From: Chiloscyllium plagiosum
Taxonomy: Eukaryota
Assembly: GCF_004010195.1 (NCBI RefSeq)
Contig: NC_057728.1
Coordinates: forward strand, 49,592,561 to 49,656,560
Direction of reading: 5' to 3'
DNA length: 64,000 nt
Positions 32,501 to 44,500 of this stretch are shown here, in pieces. A program made the translations under genes and the position numbers. The first letter of the stretch is position 1; each line of letters begins with the position of its first letter. Below the pieces are notes generated by a model that made no database searches, was not told where the DNA came from, and was given only the letters and a program-made list of their open reading frames with translations.

Positions 32501-35500
32501 CATTCAATTCCTATTTTGTGCTAATATATTTTCAGGTAGATATGCTGTTTTATAAAGGATTCGTAAAGAATTAAAATAGAAGGTTCTTTTGCACCAAGAA
32601 CCTGACCATTTTTAAATAGTGCGGTGATGGAATTTCTTCCTTGATCAACAGCAATAATTGCTTTTGAGCTGGTGAAATAATTGTTTGAGTACATCTGTAA
32701 ATTGGTAAATTGCACTGATCAGAAGTTACAGCACAAAACAAGATTAAAATCATGGTTTGCGTAAAGATTTGTAGCTCGGTTGCCATAGTTGTGGGTGTGT
32801 TCGCCGAGCTGGGATGTTGATCTGTGGAGGACAGCCAGAGAATTTCTAGAAGCATGGCACTCATCCACTGATGCTATCAACAAACACATTGACCTAGACC
32901 CAATATACCGGCCACTATAACGAGCAGCCGCAAGCAGCAGGAACAGAACCAAATAAATTTCAAAGAGACAGTACAACAGCCCTTCGCAGAAGGCTCCAAA
33001 GCACTTGAAATGTCACCTAGATAGGGGATGAAATGTCTGCAAATCAACTTCCCAGCTCGGTGAACATACCCAAGTCTTACAGCCTGCACTAGCTCTTAGC
33101 AAGAACTATCCTATTAGTCCTTCTGCCCACTTTAGCATAGTGGTTTCCTCTATTTCAATTGTTAATCCACAAATTCCACATTTCTTTTAGCTAACATCTT
33201 TCTCAACTTGTCCTACCACCTTCAAAGATGTACGTATGTTAAACCCCTGCTTCATCTTTGTTCCTACATCTCTGTATAAATCGGCATTTTGATGTTTATT
33301 TTGTCTATCTTATTCCCTCCATTAATGTACAGTAACCCTGCAAAATCATGAATATGAATTTGCCTATCTGTTCCAAAAAACAAGTGACATGTTGCCTATC
33401 TGTGGGCAAAAGCCGTGTACTACAATTTTTAACGTATTTTTAAACAAACACCACAGTCACGAATTTGATAATTTGTGGGGTTCTCAGGGACAAAACCCTT
33501 GCAGATACAGAGGAATGGCTGTATCATTTCAACATCTTTCTATGTTAATTTGTACCAGTCAATGTCTTCTAACTTATTTTTCCTGTTTAATCTATTTAAT
33601 AAACTGATTCTGTTGAGACAATCAATAACTTTTTTTGACCATGAGTGTTACATTTTTAATACTATCAGCCTTAATTGAAGAACCAACTTGAAATTATAAC
33701 GTACTTTTCAGGATGTCCCAAAGTGTTCTACAGTTAATGAAATACTTGGTAAAATGATTAGATTAGATTCCCTACAGTGTGGAAACAGACCCTTTGACCC
33801 AACAAGTCCACACCGACCCTCCGAAGAGTAACCCACCCAGACCCATTTCACTCTGACTAATGCACTTAACACTATGGGCAATTTAGCACAGCCAGTTCAC
33901 CTGATCTGCACATCTTTGGATCGTGGGAGGAAACCGGAGCACCCGGAGGAAACCCACGGTGACACGGGGTAAATGTGCAAACTTCACACAGACAGTAGCC
34001 CAAGGCTGGAATCGAACCCAGGTCCCTGGCACTGTGAGGCAGCAGTGCTAACCACTGAGCCACCGTGCCGCCCAGATGGTGGGAAACATGTCAGGCGATC
34101 TTTGTGCAGTAAAATCTCTCAAACAGCAAACAAGCAAGTAACCAGGTCTTCTATTTTCTGGTATTAGTTGGAGGATAAATGTTTTGGGAAATACCTGCTT
34201 TCAGACAGGTGTGTTTTGTGAAATTCACTGCATTGAATTTTTAATTTATCCTTATTATTAAAGTGTTTCTTGTTTTTTTTTTGTAGTTTGTATAGTTCAC
34301 TTTTGGGCCACAATAAGGAGCATATCAGATGTTTTGCAGCCGAAAGTTTTGCTTTCTTAATGAGAAAGGTGAGTTTATTTTAAAATTATTCATTCTTGGG
34401 ATTAAGGCTGTGTGTCTTCAGTTAGTGAGGCCCTTCAATTAAGCATTCATTGTTTTCAGTGTATGAGTGGATGCACACAGAATGCAGTGTGGTGATGTAA
34501 ATAACAGTTTGGAACTGGATAAAAGATAAGCTAGCTGAGCTGTGAGCTTTTGAAATCTCATGGCCTCTCCTTTAAGATGCTGCTTTCTCTCACCAAGCTT
34601 TTGGTCACCTGTCCTAATATCTCCACCCAGGTTCTGTGTCACTTTGTGTCTGATACCATTCCTGTGAACCTGCTTGGGATGTTATGCAATGTTAAAATTG
34701 TGTTGTAAATTCAAGCTGTTTGTAAACTGTTTTCTTGTCATGCTGAGGATAAAACGTGTGCCAGGGTATCCTTTTTTGCAGATTCAGTTTAATTACATTG
34801 ATGTGGCTTTTTTTTTTGTTTCCTCAAGTACCCATTGGTGATTGCTTTCTGTGTCTTTGCAGGCTCCTGATCACAATGCCCTTTTCAACTTCATGTTTGC
34901 TGACCTGGAGCAACACTCTGAGAAGGCTGAGGGAGTGGGCCAGCTGCTTTTCGATGTGTGCAAAGGAGTCCAAAATACCTTGCACTCATGTGCAGCCAAA
35001 GTAATATTTTAATCATTTGACTATTGTTGATAAAAGACACATTCTGTCAAAAAATTTGGCTTGCACTCACCAGGACATTTGCGAGGAATAGCAGAGTAAA
35101 AGAGAACAGTGTTTTAGAGAGTACATATTCGTTGGCAAGTGTTGCGATGGAAAAAGCACCTGTTAGGTGAAGACTGACTGGTTAACTGCCAAACTTTGAC
35201 TCTTGATTAGTCATGATGCCCTGAGGAATGAGCCAGAGGATGTCTTGTCACCTGTTTTGTTCAGTTGAATTGAGTGCAGTATATGTACGTGCTTTTTCTG
35301 CCTCTCCCTGTGTGCAGAGGCAATGATATAGTTGTGCTATTGCTGGTAATCCTTTGGGGATCAGGGTTTGAATCTAAATGTGATAGGTGGTGGAATTTAA
35401 ACCTTTTGTTAAAAGAAGGATGATCAAAATGAAGCCATCGTTGAACACTGCAAAACCCCAAATGGTTCACTCATGTCCTTTAAGGAAGGAAATCTGTCAT

Positions 35501-38500
35501 CTTACCTGGCCTACCTAGACTCTAGACCCATAGCAAGGTAAATGACTCTTCACTACCCTCTGAAATGATCACTCAGTTGTAACACTTGTTAGAATGAAAA
35601 TGAATGAAACTGGACAGATGACCTAGGCACCAGAAATGACTGGCATAAACAATCCTATCCTCCTCACTAACATCTGCTATTGAGAGAACTGTCTCACAGC
35701 CAAATCAAACAACAGCCTGACATAGTCACTCAGAATTGTACCTCATGGATAATGTCCCAGAACCACTACCACCATCCCTGGTTATGTCCTGTCCCACTAA
35801 CAGGACAGACCCAGCAGAGGTGGTGGCAAGGTGGTATACAGTTGACAAAGAATTGCCTGGGAATCCTAAACATTTACTCAAGATATCATGAAGACTCATG
35901 GTTTCAGGTTAAGCATGGGCAAGGAAATCTCCTGCTGATTACCACGTTGTCCTCCCTTGGCAGATGAGTCAGTACTCTTCCATGCTGAACAACACTTGAA
36001 GGAAACACTGAGTAGCAAGAATGCAAAAATTACTCTGGGTGTGGAATTTCAATGTCCCTTATCAAGAGTGGCTCAGCAGCAGCAGCACTACAGATTGAAC
36101 TGTTTGGGTCCTAAAGGACTTAGCTGCTTGTTGGGTCTGCAGCAGATGGTGAGGGAACCAACAAGTGGGAAAAACATACTTGACCTCATCCTCACCAATC
36201 TACAGGTATATTTGTCCATGACAGTATCAAAGTCCTGTCTTCACATTGAAGATATCCTTCACTGTGTTGTGTGACGCTACCACCCTGCTGAATTGAATAG
36301 TTTTCAAATAGACATAACAACTCAAGACTAGCCATCCACGAGGCACTGTGGGCCATCAGCAGAATTGTACTCAAACACTGTCTGCAACTTCAAGGGCTGG
36401 TATATGCCCCATTTCCATCAAGCCAGGGGATCAATACTTGGACAGTGGGGCATGCCAGGAGCAGCATCAAGCACCTCAGCCTCCTCCAGAATTGCCCAGC
36501 ATCAGTCTCCAGCCAATTCGATTCACTTCATGTGTTATCAGGAAACAGTTGGAGGTATACGATACTGCCAACACAATAGGCCCTGACAACATTCAGGCAA
36601 TAATACAGTAAACTTGTGTTGAACCTCCTGACAGTTATGTCCCAGGCCCATCTGTTTTCAGTTGCTTCATCCATGTTCTTCCCTCCATAAAAGGGTCAGA
36701 AGATCGAATTTTGACTGATGACTACAATGCTCAGCACCATTTGCAACATCTCAGATACTGAAGCAGTCCTTGTCTAAACCTACCATGACCTGGACAACTT
36801 CCAGACTTGGGCAAGAGATGGACAAGTAGCATTTGTGCCACACAAATGCCAGGCTTCTCCAACAAGAAGGGAATCTAATCATTGTCTCTTGACATTCAAT
36901 AGTGGTTACAAAAATCCCCACTATCAACAGCCTCGGATTACCATTGACCAGAAGCTGAATTGGACTAAAGCGCAGCAGGTCAGGCAGCATCAAAGAAGCA
37001 GGAGAATCGACGTTTCGGGCATAAGCCCTTCTTCAGGAATGTCGTTTCTCCTGCTCCTTTGATGCTGCCTGACCTGCTGTGCTTTTCCAGCAACACATTT
37101 TTCAGCTCTGATCTCCAGCATCTGCAGTCCTCACTTTCTCCTGAATTGGACTAGCCAAGTCAATGCAGTGGCTACAAGAGCAGGTCAGAAACTAGGAATC
37201 CTGCAATGAGTAACTCCCCTCCAGACTCCTCAAAGCCTGCCCACCATCTACAAGGCACACGTTAGGAGTGTGATGGGATACTCCCCACTTGCCTGGATGG
37301 GTGCAGCTCCAACAACAATCAAAAAGCTTGACAACCTCCAGGACAAAGCAGCTGCTTGATTGGTAATACATCCACAAATATCCATTCCCTCCACCACTGA
37401 CGCTCAGCAGCAGCAGTGCATACTATCTACAAGAGCACTTCAGAAATTCACCAAATGTCTGTAGACAACACCATTTAAATGCACAAGGACAGCAGTTACA
37501 TGGGAACACCACCACCTGCAAGTTCCCCTCCAAGTCGTTCAGAACCCAGACTTTGAAATATACAGCTGGTTGTTCAAAATCCTGGAACTCTCTCCCTAAT
37601 AGTATTGTGGGTCTACCCTCCAGCACATGGACTGCAGCTGTTCAAGAAGACCTGTCACCATTACCATCTTGAGGCCAACTGGGGACAAACAATACACACT
37701 AACCCAGCCAGCGATGACCACATCTATGAATGAATTATGAACCTATGATTAAAAAACATATCGTGGTCAAGGTTGAATGCTTGTACTGTGTCGAATCTGA
37801 GCAGCTGGTTGTGCAGCCTGCCTTCACAATGGGGACTGATGATTTACAAAACAGAATATGATGATTTGTTGTTGAGATTTATAAAGTTTTGTTTCCTGTT
37901 TTGTAGATCTTCCCTGCTGTCTTACAAAAACTGGGACCTGTCACAGAGTTAGAGGCTGTGTTACCATGGGATAAGGTTGGGCAAGCTGTTCACCACATGG
38001 CCAAGTCATTTGCATCCTATGTTGACAGGGAACACTTTGATGTAGTCTGGAACTGCTTACAAGTAAGTTGATTGGTATTGAAAGATCTTACCGATCTCTC
38101 TGGCATTACCTGTGGCAGCTTGCATGATGTGTTGTTTAACGTGGACAACAAAGAGCCAAGGGTTTAAAGAATTACATTCTGAAGACAGGCATCAGAGACT
38201 AAGGCGTGCATTCCGTTGTAAATAGACAATGAAGGAGCAACCTTGTTGAAGAGCTAATGATGTTTAGAAACATTGATGGGTTTGAAACTGTTTCTTCTGA
38301 TGAAGTGGGTTGAGGACAAGAGAACAGAGTCTTCAGTGACAGCCAAGTCATTCAAGGTGTTAGAAAATCCTTCACACAGAGAGGAGAGTAGAAATCGAGA
38401 ACTCCCTTTTCCTAAAAGAGTTGTTGAGGCTGAAGCTTAATTGAGAAGTCTCAAAACTGAGATTGATATAATCGGGCATGGAATTTAGCTTTATGGCAGT

Positions 38501-41500
38501 AAGCCTGGTAAATGGTGTTCACATGCAGGCTCCCATGCGCTAGCTGGCGAAACAGGCCTGGGTACTTCATGACCTTCTCTCTTCCTATGTAATTTAGTGT
38601 AGTGTCTCTTTAAGAATGTCAGACGCTTCAGACAGAGAGTCAGAATCTCAGTGATATGCCTGACTTCATTTTTGCTTTCTTTTCTGGGTATGATTATCAA
38701 GATTAGTCAGGCATTGCAGTTATTCTGATTCCTGTGTCAAGGAGATATTTCTTATTGCTGGTGTTGGTACCTATCTCTGCTGTACAGATGTGGCTGTACA
38801 TCCCACTTCAGAGACTCCAGCACTCAGTTCACTCTGGCAGTACTGAGGTAATGCTCCACTGTTAGAAGTGCCATCTTTCAAATGGACCTGACTCTGACCT
38901 CTTGTTCCCAATCCTCTTCATCAGAAGAAACCAAATCAAATCGATTAACTGAGGACCTTTCTGCCGTCTTGGGTGGATAGAAAGATCCTGTGAAGAAAAC
39001 CTAACAGGGTTATAGAATCATACAGCACGGAAGCAGACCCAACGGTCCAATTTGTCCATGCCACCCAAGTTTTCCAAACTAGACTAATTCCATTTGCTTG
39101 AACTTGGCCCATGTCCCTCTGAACCTGTCCTATTCATGTACCTGTCCAAATGTCTTTTAAATATTGTAACCTTACCTGCATCGTCCACTTTCTCTGGCAG
39201 TTCATTCCCCATACATACCACCCTCTGAGTGAAAATGTTGTCCCTCAGGTCCCATTTAAATCTTTTCCCTCTCACCATAAAAATATGCCCCCTAGTTTTG
39301 AACTCTCCCATCCCAGGAAAATTACCTTTGCGTTTCATCTTAACTATGCCCCTCATGATTTTATAAATCTCCATAATGTTACCCTGCATCCTCCTGCGCT
39401 CCAGTGAAAAAGTCCCAACCAACCAGCCTCTCCTCTTAACTCAAACCCTCCAGTTCTGGCCACATCCTGTTAAAATTTTTCTTTATGTCATGATCAATAT
39501 TATTTATCCTTCAGTCAATATCTCAAAAGCTGATTATCCAGACTTTCTCTTGTGCTGTTTGTTGGATTTATATCATTTCCTAGATTACAACAGTGACAGC
39601 AGTTCAGAGACACACTACATTGACTTTACAGCACTTTGGGACATTCTGAGATTGTGAAGGTCTCTACATAAGAGCGATGTGGCAGTTTGGTATGATGGAC
39701 AACGCAACCAGAATTATACCCATTGATTGTGTTGTGTTAAAATTAATAAGTTCTGAGAACATAATTCAGTCATGCAGACTACTGGTAGCCCCTGTTTTTG
39801 AGGATATATGTTTTTATGTTTAGGAAGTATAATATCGAGAGTGTTTTATTTTTGTAAGTGACAAAAGACAATAGCTGCAGAATCCAGCTGACTGACAGGG
39901 ATAGATTATATTCCTTTTGGGAATGTGTGTCTGTCCCATTGTAAGAATGTTTCATTTAAGAAAAGAGCAAAAAGTTAGCTTTTTTTTTCATTGGTAGAGA
40001 TGTATCCTGGGGCTCTGCGACCAATTAAACTGCGGGGACAGGCAGCAAGGCTCTGATCAAATCCAGAGGATACTGCAGATATACCTGGTGATGGTGGAAA
40101 GTGGACAGGGGTCAAAGGTTACTCATCCGGTCGAGCTTTGTGAGGTGAGTCCTGGGATCATAGTGTCGCAGACTTTTATAGGATAGAAAGGTTGCCATTC
40201 AGTCCATTGTGTCTGTATCTGCTATCCAGTTAGCCACATATGCTAGGCATTTCCCCAAAAATTTTCAGATTAGTCCTTTTCAAGCACATATCCATATTTC
40301 ACTTTAGAAAACACTGTGGAATCGGTTTCCCGCAGGCACTGTGATCAAGATCATCATTACCTGTGAAAAAAACATTTCTCCTTCCTTCATTCTTTTGCAG
40401 TCAATGTTAAAATGACTTTTCATAGAATTACCCAAAGTGTTACAATGCAGAGAGGATTGTGTGGCCCATTGTGTCTACACTGACTCTTTAAAAAAGCCTC
40501 ATTGCCTGGTCTTGGTTACAGACCAGTTCGCCAGTGGGGATGTTTTTCCCTTCCTGCTCTATCAAAACCTGCTGGAATTTTGAATATCTTTCTTAAATCT
40601 CCTGTAATTTCCAATCCACTGTAAGGAGAGTAATCCCACATATTCTGGCCTAGAACTGTCAGCTGGTGAAGGATGGAACTGAAGCCAGGATTTTAATATA
40701 CTTTTATTTATGAGGGCAAATATTACAAACGTGTACCTCAAAACCCAATAAGAGGAGCACAGTGAACTCCCAGTTAATGCAAATTGTCTGATCACAAATC
40801 AGTACTTCCATTTCTGTACAGTTACTACCATGTCTACATACAATGTATTGAAGGTGATTTCACTCACCACACACTGAAACCAGACGTACTGTTCTAATTA
40901 CCCTCTCGGCCCAATATGCTTCTTCCTTTAGACTTTGATCCAGACGCTGCAGGCTTCACAGATGACCACATCCTGCTGTGAGGCTCTTCTTGAGGTATTC
41001 TCCACCCTCCTGAAGGCTCAGAATATTACTCTGCCGAAAGCACTGACTGTAGAAGCTTCTAGGAAGGTAATTGATGCATTTTTTTGCTGTACAATATACT
41101 GACAATGTGCGATTGTTATCATGCTTCCACCTGTGGAGGGATTTCTAGTTTTAAAGATCGTTATGTGCTTTCCAAATGTTTAGTCACCTCAGGATTCTGC
41201 ATTGGTTGTGCGACTTTGTATTACCTCTATTTATGACACAAAAAGAACAATGTCTTGCTGAAAAGTGAAACTGTTGTTGAAGCTTTTCATCTTGAAGTCA
41301 TCAGGACAAACACAAATACAGGTACACAATCCTTTATCTCAAACACTTGAGACCAACTAGTTTTCGGAATTTGAAATTTTTTGAATTTCGGAATGAGTGA
41401 CGGTTTGATGGTGAAATTTTAAAAAATCTTGTTGAACAGCAGACAGGCCTGTCAATGCTCTGCCACGCCACCCCCCATCACATCTGAGTAACATGCATCG

Positions 41501-44500
41501 ACTGGGTGTGGAGTTGGGTTAACTGTTTGCATGCCAAATAACCTTGTTAATGAGGAAAAAAACTACATGAGAAAACCTTCAAATTTTGGAGCTTTTGGGA
41601 TTTCTGATAAAAGGTAGTCTACCTGTACCAAATTTCCAATGATCACTGTAGTAGAAAAGGGTGATGATTGTTTGACAAATTGATGCTGGCTGAGGAAGCA
41701 ATGAGGCATTATTGACTCCTGAAGCCAGAAGTAAGTCGATAAAGGTACAGGTTTGAATATATTCCTTTTGTTTGCGGAGAAATGCCCATTGCATATGAAT
41801 GTGCCACTTCCAGCTATTGTAAATGAGGCATATGACAAGCTCAAATATCTTTAAATGAGTTAGTGTCGCGATTAACACAGTCAGGATTGTTCAGCAAAAT
41901 ACGGCGCACGTGCAGAATTCCATCTAACAGTAGACATTCCTCAGTCAGTTGGAGTGGACTGTTAATACTTTTTTTTCAAATTTCACAATATTTATTACTT
42001 TCTTGTATTTAAATGTAAACTAGAGCAAGACATCTCTCTTTTCAGTAAGTTTCTCTTGGTTTTTGCGATCAAAAAACAATGCTAGGTAATCACAATTACA
42101 TTCTGGATCAGTGGTGCTGGAAGAGCACAGCAATTCAGGCAGCATCCGAAGACAGGCAAAATCTACGTTTCGGGCAAAAGCCCTGATGAAGGGCTTTTGC
42201 CCGAAACGTAGATTTTGCCTGTCTTCGGATGCTGCCTGAATTGCTGTGCTCTTCCAGCACCACTGATCCAGAATCTGGTTTCCAGCATCTGCAGTCATTG
42301 TTTTTACCTCAATCACAATTACATGTATGTCTATGCCCATTCATTTAAAAAAAAATGTTTATGTAATTGGGTGTCTCTCCTCCACTTGCCCTACATCCAT
42401 GTTATCTCATTTAGAATGCTGAAATTAGCAGGAGACCATTTGGCCCATTGTATCTGTGTTGGCTTTTTGAGAGAGAGAGAGTTGATTAATGTTTCCCACT
42501 TTCTTAATGTTTCCCCTTTTTCTATACCGATTTTACTGGAGATATTTAAAATTGAAAATTACTGTAGAATCTGGTTCCACCACACAAAGGCAGAGCATTC
42601 CAGATTGCAACAATTCACTGTTAGGATAGAGTTTTTTGATGGAAAGGAATTTCTTCATGTAGCCTCTGTTTTATTTTTGCCATTTGCCTTTTATCTGTAT
42701 TTTCTGGCTATCAATCCTTCTGTCAATGAAAACATTTTATCTTTATTTGCAAAGCTATAACAATTTTGAGCATATGAACCTTCTCAACTTGAAGGGTATT
42801 GTCCCTGCTCCTCCATTATCCATTCTCCCCAAACTGAAATTGTTCATTCTTGGAATTGTTTCGATAAACTTTTGTTTTTACACCCTTTCTTAGTTCTTGC
42901 ATCTTTGCTAAAGTGTGTCCAGACTTGGTCCAATACTGCAGTCAATGCCAGACAAGTGCTGCTTCACACCTTGAAGCATTCTGCCAATGTGTGTTTGCTA
43001 TCTTTAACAGCTTCTGAAATCTGTCTCTTGATTCATGTATTCAGTTTCCTGTCTTGGCTACTTTATAATTCTTCTGATTGTCCAATCCTCTTAGGTTTGG
43101 AATGCTGAAAGTGCACCAATTGTCTATGTTATATAGCAATGATGGTGAAAGCCTATTACTGAAGATATGGGGTGTTTGTGTACCTTGTCAAAAGCTTATT
43201 AAAAGGAAAGAGATTTTCTGTTTCAGATTTACAGCTGTGGGTTTGAGAGAAAATTAATTCTGGAGTTCTCTGAAAAGATATTTAACATGTGCCAGTTTGA
43301 ACAGGTAAGCTTGAAATGCACTTGTGCTGTGGAGAGGTTTAATATTTTATTTCAGAAGTGGATTACTGATTCCAAATACAAAGTCAGAAATCTGTCCCAT
43401 TTACACTCATTAGACAGGATTACTGATTGTGAATCTAATATGGTGAGGTCTGTATCGCTACACTCACCCAGAAACAGACGCTTGCAAAAATTAGACATTC
43501 ATTCTGAGATGCAAGTAACTTGCATGGTAAAATGTGCAAAAGGTACTCTGAAAACCCAGGCACTTTGGATGCTCTTTGATACACCAGACCCTTTTACAAT
43601 TGAAACCACTGGACTTCAACGTTGCTGAATCACAGAAGTGCTGTGGTACAGAAGGAGGCCATTTGGCCCCTCTGCAGTATAGGGTTCTATGAAAAATGGC
43701 ATTTTGTTTGATGATGGGAATTAGTACTTAGTGAAACAAGTGAAAATAATGGCTGTTTTCCTTTATCTTGAGTGGTGTCAAAAATATTTGATACAGATTC
43801 AATACCATTATTTCTCTGTCCCCAAAGAAAACAATTTACAAATAGAATAAACAGCTAAGACAGTACAGAAACTTAATGAATTTAAAATTACTGGGAAAGC
43901 GTTGCTGAGTAACCTGATGGAACTGCAGGCTGACAAGTCCCCAGGTTCAACCTAGTATCTTAAGAGGTTGCGAATGAGATAGTACATGTTTTGGTGTTAA
44001 TTTTCCAACATACTTGATTTTAAATGGCTGCAAAGGAAGTTGTGAGTGAATTGCCTTGGGATGGTGGGGAAACTCCTCTGACCAGCTTGAGTTAATTTAC
44101 TGGAGGGTGCTGTAAGCATTCACCGTGATGTACTCTGATAAATGTTACTCTGGCAAAGTAGGAGCAATTCTGGCAATTTACTCACTAGCATTGGTGGCAG
44201 TGCTAAAGAGCAGGATGCAGAAACAATCATCATTGACTTCTGTGCACAGTCGTATTTTGTCCAATGAAAAGAAAATGGGAAGAAGTGGTCTTTAAAGTTT
44301 TTTTAAGCTTCAATGAAAATTAGTCTCATGTACTTGGAATAAGTAGATCCTGAAACTAGGATGCCATGAGAATAAACTTGTCTTTCAGTAAACGTGTTTA
44401 TTGTTGTTTATAGCTGTTTCTGCCAAACTTGCTGCAGTATGTGGAGGAACAGTTTGCACTTGATGATCTATCTGCTTGGGAAGAAACTCTGGGAATTTTG

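Larger units (their letters stand above)
35600..37740 (+). mobile_element. decayed LINE (second family) with endonuclease and RT remnants
   Basis: LQQMVREPTSGKNILDLILTNL, VKHGQGNLLL and GPDNI remnants; shared 3' tail. Confidence 0.8.

Noticed and set aside
37830..37880. TGATGA motifs suggesting an intronic C/D snoRNA
   Set aside because: No properly spaced D box with a terminal stem was found.
42020..42760. 181-aa and 106-aa ORFs over the palindrome
   Set aside because: No recognisable domain; they run through Penelope terminal repeat and decayed intronic repeats.
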